Below, in pieces: positions 23,944 through 39,934 of a stretch of 64,000 nt of DNA (position 1 is the stretch's first letter; each line of letters opens with the position of its first letter). A model generated the notes under the pieces. It was not told the origin of the DNA and searched no databases. It was given only the letters and a program-made list of their open reading frames with translations. A program made the position numbers and the translations under genes. This DNA comes from the human T2T-CHM13v2.0 reference genome, Homo sapiens, in assembly GCF_009914755.1 (NCBI RefSeq), contig NC_060940.1; one strand, 5' to 3'.

Positions 23944-26155
23944 GGACGGGGCACAGAGTCCAGCGTTTCCCTCCTCCTCCCAAAGCGATCGAAGTGGCCT
24001 TCTCAGCCCCGAGAGCCCTGTGTCCCCTGATCGAGGAGGCGCCCGGCCCTGTCCTCCTGAGACCCTGTGGCCCCGTCTGTAGGGTGGGGGGTGAGGGCCT
24101 GTGCTGGGCCCAGGCAGTGGTTGGTTCTCAGATCCTGAGCCTCTGTGCCCTCTACTGAGGTGGGGACGCACCACCCTCCCGTGTGGATGGAGCTGGGGCG
24201 GGGTCTGACGTCCACTGCATCCAGGCTTAGCCCCGGAATCTCAGGTGTCCACTGGAACCCGGAGCAGAGGCAGCTGGGGGCTGTGGGGATCACCCTGATG
24301 GACCCCCGTTCCCTACTGCAGGGCCCAGGTGCCCTCCCAGGACCCCCTCGTTTTGCCCAGGAGGTTGGCAGGGGCAGTGGCTCAGCCCAGGGTCGGGAGA
24401 CAGCCTGTAGGGCCCCTCGATGCCCAGGACCCTTCCTGAGGCCAGCCTGGGACAGATGCCCCTGAGGGACCCTGCACAGCAGGCATGACCCTCCAGAAGC
24501 CCCTCCCTCCAGCCTGGAGAAGGCACAGGTGCGTGTGGGGGTCCGGGCAGTTCTGCAGTTAGGGTGGTGTGTCTCCATATGGGTCTTGCTGATTAGGAGG
24601 AAGCCACATCTTCCAGTCTCGGGTGGGCAGCAGCACCAGGCCCTGGTGACAAAAGGACCCACGATAGGCTTTGCAGATCTGACACTTGCCTGGGGACCCC
24701 TCCATCTTATTTGAGAAAGTGCTGTGGGCTTTGCCGGGAACCCCCCTGCTGTCCTGCACCTCTTCGGCGGAACATCTGAGCATCCAGCATGAGAACGTCA
24801 CCAGGACCCTTGGAGTTGCCGCTCACTAGAGCACCACAGTTCTCCCAGTCCAGGAAGGCTTCCTGGAAGAGGAGGCGCTGAGCTGAGCAGGGTGGGGAGT
24901 GACAGTTGGGGGTCCTGGGGCTGGAGGGGGTGTTCATTCCTGGGCCACACCGCACACTCTGAGCACCTACTGAATGCGAGAACGGCTGGGCAGGGTGCAG
25001 GGAACGCTCCGGAATGGCCCGATTCAGGTGGGGGGAGGGACCGGACAAGACAATAGAGGAGGTGTTGATAAGGACTTGGGAGAGCGCAGGAAGGAAGACG
25101 ATGGGATGAGAGGCGCCCCAGGCGGCCCCCGTGTCCCCAGGACACCCCCATCCCCACTGCTGTCCATGGGAGCCATCAGTGTCGCCGGGCTCTGGGTCCT
25201 GGGGGGCCCCTGCCGAGGTGCGTGGCTCTCCGTCCACGTGTTCTAGCCTCACCCGTGGTGACCAGGCCCCACGTCCCAGCCTCGCCGTAGCCTGGGCATC
25301 AGTTTCTTGCGGGTTCTGACTGTGAGGACGAGGGGTGGGGACACGGCTCTGGAAACACCCTCCAAGTAGGCCGCTGTGTCCCTCCCTGGTCTCCCATAGG
25401 GCCCCTCCTGAGAGCCTGGGGTCCTTGGGCAGACCCCAGGGAGCCCAGGCTGACCCCTAGAACCAGCCTTTTCCAAGGTCCTCCAGGGCCTCTGGGTCTG
25501 AGCCTGCATTTCTTCACCCATAACACGGGCAGTGGGGGCCACGCCCTGACTTCTGGGGTCCTCCACGCAGCAGCAGCAGATGAGATGCCCTGGCCTGGCT
25601 CATCGGGGGACGGGCACAGTGGGTGTGGGAGGACGGGACAGTTACCCGGCCCAGGGATCCTGCACAGACGCCTCCCGGCCCAAAGAGGCGAGTTTTGGAA
25701 ACAGAGGTGATATTTGCCTTTCAAGGCAGCAGCCCCGGAAGCCGAATGTTTTACTTTGGGATCAGGCTGCCCAGGCCACACCATGCCAAGTCCACCTCCA
25801 GCCTGTTTGCGGGGCGGGGGTGAGGACTGAACCCCACAGTCCTGAAGCCTTGGTGTGCCTGCCTGCCCCGAGGAGGCCGGGCGGGACTGGGGACACGTCG
25901 CTCATTAGCAGGGTAGTGCCCGGGGCCTTCCCCAAACCTCCTGTGCCCGCATGGTGAGCCCCAGGGCGCTGAGGGCCCTAGCCAGGGACCACTGGGGTGG
26001 GGTCTAAATATCCCAGCTCCCTCCTGAACAGACACGTGGGGAGGCCCGTGCCCACCGCTCTGGGGCCTCCTCTGTGGCCCTCGCACCCAGCCTGGCCGCC
26101 CTCCGCCCGGGCCTGCCCCTGCTGCGGGGTTTTCCTGGGAAGGCTGTACTGAGTC

Positions 26156-26203
26156 AGGATCTGCTTCCGGGAGGATCTGCTTCCGGGAGGATCTGCTTCC
26201 GGG
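26156..26203. repeat. 16-bp perfect tandem repeat AGGATCTGCTTCCGGG x3
   Basis: Directly visible. Confidence 0.95.
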
Positions 26204-27461
26204 AGACCGGCAGATACACCCAGGGACACTCAGCCTTCCTGCACTTCAGACTCCCCTCCCTCTGCTTGCCCCCGCTCCGTGCGGGCTGCCGCCCCTGCTG
26301 GTACCTGCACAGCGGCTGTTTGCAGCCCCCCACCCCAGGCTCCGGCTGAGTCCACAAGGCGGGTAGCGTGCTTCACCCTCAGGTGAACCCCGGGGGCCTC
26401 GTGCCTCGCTGCTGGGGCGTCTGCGCCATCGTGCGGGCTGAAGACGGTGTGCGTGGAGGGCTCCCAGCTGGTGTGTGTCTCCTTGCTGGGTTCTGCCTCG
26501 CCCACCATGCCCCGGGGCCCCTGCGGCCGCTGTGGAGAGGGCAGACACCGGCAGCTAGCCCAGGGCCCAGCACCCGTGAGCGCACATTACGTGCCGGTGG
26601 ACTGGGAGCCTCACTCCAATGCACCTGGGGTCCCTGTCTCATCCTGCCCCCGCCTTCCTCCAGGCTGCACGCCCTGCCCAACTCTGCTTGCGCCCCTGGG
26701 AAAGGGCTGGCCCTGCCCCCAACTCCCCGCGAGCTCGCCTCTGCCTCAGGGGACAGCTTTGCCCATTCCCTGCGGCACTGGATGGTGTTTCCTGGGGGCC
26801 AGAGGCACAGCTCATTTATATGAACAAATGGATGGAGGGCCCTCAGGGACCCCTGCCCCTGTCCTCCAGGCCCCTAGCCCGCCCGAGGTGCCTCAGGGCC
26901 TGCGGTGGCCACAGCCGTCCCTCCTGGGCTGTGCACCCTCCCAAGGGACAACCCATGTGGAGGCTGGGGACGCCTTCACTTCGTGAGAGCTGGGGCCAGG
27001 CCAGGCTCCTCAGAGACCCCCAGAGGCTGCCCAGGAGGCTGGGGGAGAAAGACCAAGGGTGTGGTCTGGGGTCCATCTGGCGAGGGCCGGGGAAGGCTAT
27101 GGCTGAGGGGCCAGAAGGTCCCCGGGGCAAGCACTGCCTCAGGCCCCTGCATCCCTCTCCTCTGAGGCCTGAGTGATGGGTGGCCCCACTCCCAGGTCAC
27201 ACTGCAATGACCTTTGACCCCCAGTTTATCCATCACCCCGATAATGCTGCCCCCCCAGGCCACCAGCACCCAGGAGGCTTTCCTGGGCCCACCTGTGGAT
27301 ATGTCCCCCAGCCCCACACCAGGCAGGCCCTGGGAAAGACAGCGGATGGGGACGGCAGAGGGGGCCCGGTGCACGTCAGCTCCTTCCCAAAGTGCCTGGC
27401 CCCTCTCTTGCTGTCTGCACCTAAATCATCCTCCAAGCTGGGTGAGGCTCCCCTGGGTAGG

Positions 27462-27730
27462 CCGGGGGCAGATGCAGTGGGGGGGGCCGGAGGGTGCAGT
27501 GGGGGTGGGGGGGGCCGGGGGCCAGATGCAGTGGGGGGCCGGGGGTGCAGTGAGGGTGGGGGAGCAGGGATGCAGTGGGGGGGGGCCGGGGGTGCAGTGG
27601 CGGGGGAAAGCCAGGGGCCAGATGCAGTGGAGGTGGGGTGGACAGGGCACAGTGGGGGTGGGAGTCCCAGGGGCCAGATGTAGTGTGGGGGTGGGGGTGG
27701 ACCGGGGACGCAGTGTGGGTGGGGGTCAGG
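27462..27730. repeat. Degenerate G-rich minisatellite (GGGGCCAGATGCAGTGGGGG-like units)
   Basis: Recurrent tgcagtggggg and ggggccagatg motifs with long G runs. Confidence 0.85.
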
Positions 27731-28147
27731 GGATGAGCTACCCTTGTGCCCGCCCCTGGTCCACCATACCCAGCAACACCCTCTTCCTGGCATGGGGCTG
27801 TTCCTGGCTCCAGAGACTTCAGTATCGATCCCAAGACCGAGACTGCTGTCCGGGCCGCCTGCCCACTGCCTTGTGGGAACCTGGGGCCAGGTCCCTGTCA
27901 TGTTCCCAGAGCCCGGCTCCAAGGAAGCTCTGAGGCCTAGGCAGCCTGGACAAATATGCCCCTCGGGTCTTCCCCAGGCCTGGGCCTGCCTGAGCTAGCG
28001 GCTGCAGAAAAGCCTTCCTGGGGGTGAGGTACCCATGGGGCAGCCCACCCAGCCTGCAGCCCCCAGACCAGGCTGCGGCACGGAGATCCCCAGACTCCCA
28101 CCCACGCCCCCTGAGCCCATTCCTGGCCTCTGCTGACTGGCCGCCAA

Positions 28148-28275
28148 CCGGTCCCTGGCCTCTCCTGCCCGTGCGCCGGCCGGTCCCTGGCCTCTCCTGC
28201 CCGGGCGCCGGCCCGTCCCTGGCCTCTCCTGCCCGTGCGCCGGCCCGTCCCTGGCCTCTCCTGCCCTTGCGCGTG
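28148..28275. repeat. 32-bp VNTR x4 (CC(G/C)GTCCCTGGCCTCTCCTGCCCGTGCGCCGG)
   Basis: Directly visible; units start at about 28148, 28180, 28212 and 28244. Confidence 0.93.
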
Positions 28276-28558
28276 CCCTTGGCGTGCTTCCCCTTGGGCA
28301 GGAGCGACACGCCACCTTCCAGTGCAGAAATCCAGGTGTCTCCGGGCGCTGGGTCCCCACCTTCCTTCCAGGCCTAGGGACGGTGTCCCACACAAGAGAA
28401 GGCACACGTCCCAGGTGAGGGTCCAAGTGCTAGGACCCCCCTGTGCACACCTGGACAGGCTTCGGGGCCTCCCTTGGCCCTGCTGGGGCCCACGAGCAGG
28501 GCTGTGGCTGCTGGTCGGGAAAGCTCTGCGCTCGGCCCGTGACTGGAAGCTCGGGCGA

Positions 28559-28930
28559 TGTGTTGGGTTCCTGGGGCTCCGGTGACACAATGCCACCCCC
28601 GGGGGGTGTCAAACAGCAGAAGCATCCTCTCTCCCAGTGCTGGAGGCCAGAAGTCCAGCGTCGGGTGTGGGCACGGCCGCATGCCTTCCGGAGGCCGCAG
28701 GGGAGGTCCCTTCCTGCCTCTTCCAGCTCCGGAGGGCTCCTGGCGTCCTGGGCTCTGATCTCTGCTCTGACTTCTGAGGACGCCAGTGTGGGAGCGAAGG
28801 CCCATGTGGACGGTCCCACCTGGGCCTAGTCCTTGACTAGGCCGCGTCTGCAAAGATCCTTTTCCCAAGAATGTCGCCTCCACAGGCTCCAGCTGCAGGG
28901 TGTGCTCACGTTCTGGGGGGTCCACCGCCC
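28559..28930 (-). mobile_element. MaLR LTR (MLT1B/C-like), diverged
   Basis: aaacagcagaagcatcctctctcccagtgctggaggccagaagtcc...cttcctgcctcttccagctcc...ctgcaaagatccttttcccaa. Confidence 0.7.
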
Positions 28931-30334
28931 ACCCCTCCGCAGGTGACAGATCAGGACTGGTTTGCAAGAGAAGGCACAGCCCACAGAGAGAACAGCCCAC
29001 AGCCCACATGCTGCTGCTGTGCCCCTCCCCAGGCTCCCCACCCCACCAGGACAAAACCCCCCAGCACTGGGACCACCTCGTGTCCCCTCCTGCTCCCCGT
29101 GGGGCAGAACCGCCGGGTCTGGGGCCACCTGCTTATTTCCAGAGCAGCTCCCTCCTCTGATCAAACAGGGGCGTGAGATCAAACAATTCATTAGGAACCC
29201 GTCCTGGGGGAGCGTCTGCTGCGGGGAACTGACTAGCCAGCGAGGGGCGGAGGCCAGGCTGGGGCCGGGAGACGCAGAGGGGACTCAGTGGGGATTTGGT
29301 GGGGGGTGTTGGGGCTTAGTGGGGCCGTGTGGGAGCCACTTGGTCTGCATGTGGAGGCTAGGAGGGGGCGCTTGGGGGCACATGGGATGCCATGTGGGGG
29401 CTGCATGTGATCTGCCTGGGATCTGCGTGGGGTCCCCATGGGGTCTGTGGGCCCACATGCTCAGCCACGCCTGCAGGACCACAGCACCCACTGCCCCATG
29501 TGCACGGCCACACGAGGTTAACACCTTCTAGCACATTCTGGGGCTCACCTCCTGTTGGCCCACGGCTGGGACAGACGCTGTGTCCACCACTAGCTCTACC
29601 CTCCCAGTGGGACCAGCGTCTGCCCAGGAAGGCCCCCAGGGAACCCCGCCTGGTGGGTCCACCTAAGCCCCTGAAGCCCCAAGGGCAACGGCCGCCCCTC
29701 CAGGCTTGGCTCAGAGCAGGCCCAGGCAGGCTGGGCCAGGGGTGCTGCTGGGAGACAGACCAGGGCGGAGGCCTCGGCGGCCTGGACAGGGACTCAGGCT
29801 GGCCTCTGGGTGCTGGGGGAGCTGACCGTTCCACTCTTGCTTACAAAACACAAGAAGGTCCGAGTAACAGGCTTCACACTGCCCGGGTCCCCTCTGCGTC
29901 CCCCTTCCCAGGCCTGCGTCCACCCCCAGGTGAAGGGAGTGAGGGCCAGTCCAGTCTAGCAGAGAGGAGACCCCGTCCTGCACCTTCCAGGCCACAGGCC
30001 CCCACCTCTGCTGTCCCTGTGGCCCTGGACGGCGGCTGTGCTGCCAGGACACCAAACCAGAGGCGTGGTCCCCTGGGAGGCTTGCGGCTTCCCCCAGCCC
30101 TGCGGGCCTGCTAGCGCGAAACCGGGTTGTCCAAACGCACCTTACCTGCTGGGTGTTCCCTGGGGGTGGGATGGGAAGACCCCCAACCGCAGGGCCTCGC
30201 TCCTTCCCGGGCTCTGCCCAGCTTCCCTCTGTCTGTCCTCCGGCAGGAAGGCCTCCAGAGATAACCAAGGCGTGGACACGCCAGGCACCCAGGTCTCAGC
30301 CAGGCACACGGTTCCCGTGTCTCACAGCCGTGGC

Positions 30335-30450
30335 CACCCTCTGCACAGGAACAATGACTACACCCCTGTCACAGGTGAGGAGACCAAGGCTCAGGAGGTA
30401 AGGACACCTGCCCAGGTCACGCAGGCAGGAAGGCCATCATGCCTCAGACC
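30335..30450 (+). mobile_element. MIR fragment
   Basis: cacccctgtcacaggtgaggagaccaaggctcaggaggtaaggacacctgcccaggtcacgcag matches the MIR core. Confidence 0.65.
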
Positions 30451-32176
30451 CAGATCACCTCTGAGCGGCCCAGAGAGGCCAGGGCCGGGGGTGCCTGGTC
30501 CCCGCGACGGTGGGGCTGTCAGAGCGTCCGTGAAGCTCGGGCTCCCGCTGTCTTGAGGTTTCTTCCTCCCTGCCCTGTTTCTCCTCCAGCCCTGGTCACG
30601 CCCTGAGGGCCAGCCCAGGGCCTCCAGACACAGGAGGCCTCAGGAAGCGCTGGGTCCACCTGGAAGGCAGCCACGGGCCTGGCCTGCGTGTGGGTTCTGT
30701 CTCCCGTTCCTGGGGCCGGCAAGACATCGGGAGGCCTGCTCACCTCTTACTTCCTCCAGGCTGATACTCTGCAGAGCCGACTCACCCCAGCCCTGGGGGC
30801 TCTGTGCCAGAAGCCACCCCACAGGGAGACCCAGAGCAAACACCCCAGGGACCCCATGGTCACGAGGGCCCGCCTGCCAGGCAGTTGGAGTGGGGACGCA
30901 GGACACCAGGACTGCAGGGCCCCCGAGGGGTTCCTGACACCACACAGCCTACCATGGCAGAGCCGGCCAGGCCACGCTGGGAGGGACTTGGCTGAGAGCA
31001 CGGGGCATCCTAGGCCCAGGACGGGCATTGCCTCCCCTCAGTGTGTGGGCAGAAGCCCTGCTGGGCGGGGTCTTCAGGGATCACGGAGGGCAGGGGGACC
31101 AGGCACCTGCCCCACCCCACCCCACCCCGCTCTGCGTCCCTCTAGGAGTCCGCTCAGGAACACTTTTGGGGAAGGTGGGTGGGGCGGTGGCTGCCATCTG
31201 GAAATTCTAGGAGAGCGCCCCCCCCCCAGCCCTCTCCGGGGGCCAAAGATGCACCATTCCCAGGTGTGTGAGGGAGGATGAGAAGGGGCTGGTGGCTCAT
31301 CTTCTCCTTGGGAGAGCACGGTGAGGGATGGTGTCTCTGAGGAGCTGACTAAGGTCTGGACCCTCCCCAGAAGGAAGCCCCAGCCTCTCCCGCCATCTCG
31401 GCTCCAAATTCAGGGGCCACACCCTCCCAATCCATCCATGGACTCTGACCAAGAACTTTGAGTGAGCCAGCCCCGCTGCCACCTGCACACAGAGACAGAG
31501 AATGAAGTCCTCCCCTCAAGCCCGCCCCTCTGAAGGGAGGTTGGGGAGCACCTGCTGTATGCCCGGTAGGCAGGGCCCGGGTGCCCCACACTGGCATCCC
31601 TCCTCCCAATTTCAGGGCCCGTCCCCGCCGCCTCCCTGGCCGCCGTGCTCCATCAACTCCTTCTGTTTAAATATTTAATCCAGTTAAATATTAAACCCCT
31701 TCCAAGTCCCAGTTATAGCCAATCGATTCTCCACCACAGCTGTTGGGGCCAAGCTGGCACTCTGCCTCCCCGCCTGACGTCGGGGCAGCCTGGGGGATTG
31801 GGGTGGGGGGTGCCTGGAGGCGGGGGCTCCTGGCGTGGACCCATCGCAGCTCCGCCCCCCTATCCTTGACCTGTGAGACCCCCGCCCAGCACGGCTGCCC
31901 CACACACAGACGGCTGGGCAGGGCAGGTGAGCCGGGGTCCCAGCCCTAGGTCCCCTCTAGGTCCCAAGGACTCCATTGACTAGAAACACGAGAGAACCGT
32001 TCTCCGCAGCTCACTCCACGGTCTGCCCTGACCCCGGGGCCTGGGATCACCCGAATTATTCGCAGGGTTCCTGTTTTCGTAATCAGGGCCGGAGCTGGAT
32101 GAAACCTTCCCTGGGGTGAGGCTGGGCCACAGAGGGGGGCCCTGAGAGCCAAGACTTATTTCTGTTCAAAATTGGT

Positions 32177-32521
32177 TTTTTTCTTTTCTTTTTCTCTTTT
32201 CCTTTTTTTTTTTTTTTTTTTTTTGAGCCAAGGTCTCACTGTGTCATCCAGGCTGGAGTGCAGTGGCGTAATCACAGCTCACCGAAGCCTCCACCTCCTG
32301 GGTTCAATTAATCCTCCCACCTCAGCCACCCAAGGAGCTGGGCCCACAGGTGCAGGCCACCATGCCTGGCTAATATTATTATTATTTATTATTATTATTA
32401 TTATTGAGATGGGATCTTGCTTTGTTGCCCAGACTGGTCTCGAACTCCTGGCTTCAAACACTCCTCCTGCCTCCACCTGCCGAGGTGCTGGGATGACAGG
32501 TGTCAGCCCCTGCGTCCAGCC
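32177..32521 (-). mobile_element. Alu (AluJ-like) with (TTA)n middle region
   Basis: polyT-gagccaaggtctcactgtgtcatccaggctggagtgcagtggc...ctcgaactcctggcttcaa. Confidence 0.93.
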
Positions 32522-33380
32522 TCTAAGATCTTTTAAATATATTGAAAAGTACGGAAAACAACCGTACTAACCGTGCACCCCCTCCAAGGTCTAGGCCCCC
32601 ATGGTGGGGCTTCAGGGGTGTTTAAATTCCCAGGAGCGGAAACCCTGGACTTCACCTGCCTTTCGCCGGCTGCCCTTCTCACCCTTCACGTGAGGGAGCC
32701 CCCCACAGGTGCATAAATGTGCGCATTTGTAGACGTGCAGCAGCTTATTGTTAAGCTTTACTGAGGTAAGGCATGTGTAGCACATGATTTACAAACAGTC
32801 ATAAAATATGGGATAGGGCTCTGTCGTAAACCCCACATGGCTGATGGGTTCTGACGGGCGCCTCGGCTTGCTTCGGCCCGACTCTTAACGTTGCAGCCAG
32901 CCTGAGACTCCACAGAGCGAGGCTGCTCCCCACCTGCCGATTCTTGCCCCGATAAGTGTGTCATCCGTAAATCTGATCTGTGATCCACTGTTCAACTCTT
33001 TCTCACCCTGGTACAAGTGCTATTCGTGAAACGGAAGCTTCTTCCAGCTTCAACACTAATTGTAAGTGTATATGATTTAATTTTTAGTTGTAGCTGTTTA
33101 ACAAGCAGCTCACTCATTTCTTAGGTATTTAACCACTGGCTCTTATGAACTGGTACATGTCGGCCCCACACGTGGTTGAGTCACCTGTGCAGACACCTGC
33201 TGGCCTGGCTCTCCCACGTCCCTGCACTGCGACCCTTCTGCTGGGGGTGTGGGGACGCCTGCCCAGCGTTAGTTCTGCCTCCTCCTCTCCTTGTCTGTTC
33301 CCCTGGTGTTTTCATGACTTTGGCTTGGCGGTAAGCCTTGAAATCTGCCCTTGTTATTCTTTGTTGAAATTGAAATTGGT

Positions 33381-34144
<764 letters not shown>

Positions 34145-34156
34145 GTGTGATGCATG

Positions 34157-35689
<1,533 letters not shown>

Positions 35690-35816
35690 TCATGACCTGT
35701 GACGTGCAGTTTTGCTCCTGTGCTTATTTGCCATCTGTAAATCTTAGGTGGCATATTTATTTCAGTCTTCTGACCATTTTCAAATTGTGTTGTTGTCTTT
35801 TTAATATTAATTTTAA

Positions 35817-36377
<561 letters not shown>

Positions 36378-36390
36378 TGATTTTGTGGGG

Positions 36391-36734
36391 TTTTTTTGTT
36401 TGTTTGTTGTTGTTGTTGTTTTGAGAGAGTCTCGTGTTTTTTTGTTTGTTTGTTTGAGAGAGTCTCATTCTATCACCCAGGCTGGAGTGCAGTGGCATGA
36501 TGTCAGCTCTCCACAACCTCCACCTCCCAGGTTCAAGCGATTCTCATGACTGAGCCTAACGAATAGCTGGGATTACAGCATCGGCCACCACGCCCGGCTA
36601 ATTTTTGTATTTTTAGAAGAGACGGGGTTTCGCCATGTTGGCTAGGCTGGTCTCGAACTCCTGACCTCAGGTGATCCACCTGCATTGGCCTCCCAAAGTG
36701 CTGGGATTACAGGTGTGAGCCGCCGCGCTCAGTC
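36391..36734 (-). mobile_element. Alu (AluS-like) with a small duplicated tail/3' segment
   Basis: (TTG)n-ttgagagagtctc occurs twice, followed by a full Alu body. Confidence 0.92.
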
Positions 36735-36739
36735 TGTGT

Positions 36740-37230
36740 TTTAAGAAATATTTGTCTCCACCAAGATCACACGGATATTCCCCTCTAATTTCCTATGGAA
36801 GCTTTGCTGGTTTTCCTCTGGTGGGCAGTTAAGAGCGTGTGTGTGGCGTGAGGCAGGGGTGGCAGCTCATTCCGGGTTATTCCGGTTTCCCCAGCACTGA
36901 TTGCTGAGAAGCCTCCTCCTTCAGTGTCTGTAAGGCAGCTTTTCTTGCTCTCTGCTTTCAAAATTTTCTCTTTATTTTTAGATTTCAGAGGTTTGACTGA
37001 GTTGAGCCTGGGAGTGGTTTTCTCCGTATCGATCCCGGTTTGGGGTGGTTGAGCCTTTTGGATCCATAAATGCTGACTTTCCCGCACATTTGGGAAATCC
37101 AGGGCCTTGCTCTGAATTGCTTTTTCTGTCCTATTCTTGCTCCTCAGACTCTGAGGCTCCACCCACATGTGCATTAAACCACTTGAACCTCACAAATGTC
37201 TCTGAAACCCTATTTCCCTCCTGCCACTCT
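36740..37230 (-). mobile_element. Old L1 fragments
   Basis: aagaaatatttgtctccaccaagatcac...cagcactgattgctgagaag...ctctgctttcaaaattttctctttatttttagatttcagaggtttgact. Confidence 0.6.
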
Positions 37231-38974
37231 CCCACTCCAGGGCTGTCTACTGTCCCTCATGGCCTGACCACTGAGACTCAAATCCATTGCTCAAGGCTCT
37301 CGCGCACGCCAGAGTGTGAGGCCAAGACCCCCAGGGACGGCTGCCCTCAGACAGCCCGGCGCCTCCTTCTCCTGGCGGCACTCAGGCCTCCCACCTGCAT
37401 GCCGCCCACGCCAGCTCCCACCTTCGCCAAACGCTGCTCACTCGCAGCCCCCACGTCAAGAGCCACCCCCCAACACTGGGCATCCGGCCTGAACGTCCGG
37501 GGTCTCCCCATCCCAGGCTCACCTGGCCTGGCTCTTGTCTCTGGTTACTGACATCTCACTGGGTCTGAGAGCAGGGGCTGCTTCTCACTTCTCGAGCCTG
37601 ACACTCAGGTCCCGGCCAGCACGTCCTGGGCTCACGTGGGATGCTGGACCTCCCAGGAAGGTGCATCCTCCTTCCTGGCATCCCCAGACTGGGTGACTCC
37701 AGAGTCCTCTTTACAATGCAGCCTCAGCCCACCCAGATACGGCGGGCTCTGATGGCCAGTGGGGGTGAGGACAGCCAGGACCCTTGGACCTGTGGGCAGG
37801 GGCTGGACCGGGCTCTCCACCGCCTTGGCCCCTCTGCCGCCCTGGCCCCTCCTGAGGCCTGTTGGGCCGATCAAGGGGGCCAACAGACCCTGCCCCACTG
37901 GCCCAAGCCTGCAGATGCTCAGGGACCCTCCCAGGTGTCACCCAGTATGCCTGCCCAAGAACAAGAGGTGCCGCTGTTGACCTGCAAGCCATTCCACATC
38001 CCCGAGCAGCCCGATGGAGGGGGGCCCTTTCTGCTGTCCTTATCTCAGTAATAAAGCCACAGAAGAGGCTATAAATCCAGGAAAATTAAAGCTTCAGCAT
38101 CTCCCGGGGAGAAATCTGTGTCGCCTGCAGCTGCTTTCTGACCAGGGGAGGGGCAGGAGCTGGAGGAAGGTCAAGGGAGGCAGGGCGGGTGGGGGGGGGG
38201 TTCCTGAAGAGGACATCCTGTCATCGTCCCCAGGGCCTCCACACTGACCCCTGGGACTGGCCAGGGGTCCACCCCCACCCATCATCCACAAGGCCTGTCC
38301 AGCAAGCATTGCCTGTTCCCCAAGCGCCCAGCCTGTGCCTGGGACGGGGGCTCAGGACCCAAATGGAGGGCCAAGGGGTTGAACCTCCAGCACAGGCCCA
38401 AGGCTCAGCCCCGGGCTGGGCCCCCGGCTACACCCAGCACAGGCCCAGGTGTGCAGGTGCCCCCATACCCTCCTGAGACCCTGGCAGTGGGCAGGCTCAT
38501 CCCAGAGCAAGCTCCACTTCAAGGTCCTCCTTCAAGTGGGCCCTGTACTCACCGTGGCCACTGCAGCTGGACCCTTGGCAGAGCCCACCCGTCCCTGCTG
38601 CCCCTGAGTCCTCACGCTCTGAAAGCATCCCCTGCAGGCCTGAACCCCCTGGTTCCACCAGCCCATCCCTCTGAGCTAAGGCCGTGCCTCCCTGGGGCTG
38701 GGCGGGGCTGTACGGGGCTGGGGGCAGCCTGCAGGCTGCTGAGATCTGCAGCCTTACTTTCCAACCCCAGCCCTGCGCCACGGCACTCACACTCCCAGAT
38801 GACCCCGAAAGCACCTGCCGCCCCGTCCCATCCTCTTCCTCAGAACCCCTGCTCTCTGCTGTCGGTGGCAGGAGAGGGCCTGAGAAATTCATTCATGCTG
38901 CAACAGCCATGGCTGCTGCAGCGTGGTACACGGCCCCTCCTAGAAGGATGTGGCTTTTGAAAGGAAGAACCTAA

Positions 38975-39182
38975 GCCTGGGCAACGTATTGAGACCCGTC
39001 TCTACAAAAATGGAGAAAATTACTGGGTGTGGCGGGCGCCTGTGGTCCTCAGGAGCTACTCAGGAGGCTGAGGTGGGAGGATCACTTGAGCCCAGGAGGT
39101 CGAGGCTGCAGTGAACCGTGACTGCACCACTGGACTCCAGCCTGGATGACAGAACAAGAGCCTGACTTTAAAAAAGAAAAAG
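38975..39182 (+). mobile_element. Alu (AluJ-like, partial)
   Basis: gcctgggcaac...ggaggatcacttgagcccaggaggtcgaggctgcagtga. Confidence 0.9.
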
Positions 39183-39184
39183 GC

Positions 39185-39692
<508 letters not shown>

Positions 39693-39934
39693 TTAGCAAG
39701 GAGCATCCTGTGTGTCCCGCAGGCAGCTCTGCAGCCCACGAAGATAGAGACCAGATATACGAGGGGTCCGTGCACCCCAGGCGGCGGCCGGCTCGCTGAG
39801 CGAGGGGCCCTGCCAGCTCCACGACAGATGCTCGCCCCCCTCACTGCCACTGCTGCTGCTAGAACACTTAGATCTGCAAAAAGTTGCTGTTTTCTTTTAC
39901 CTTCACCTCTGACAACAATTAGAAACTGATTTAG

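Noticed and set aside
32560-33140. AT-richer stretch resembling an old DNA-transposon or L1 fragment
   Set aside because: I could not assign a family by eye; it needs a Dfam search.
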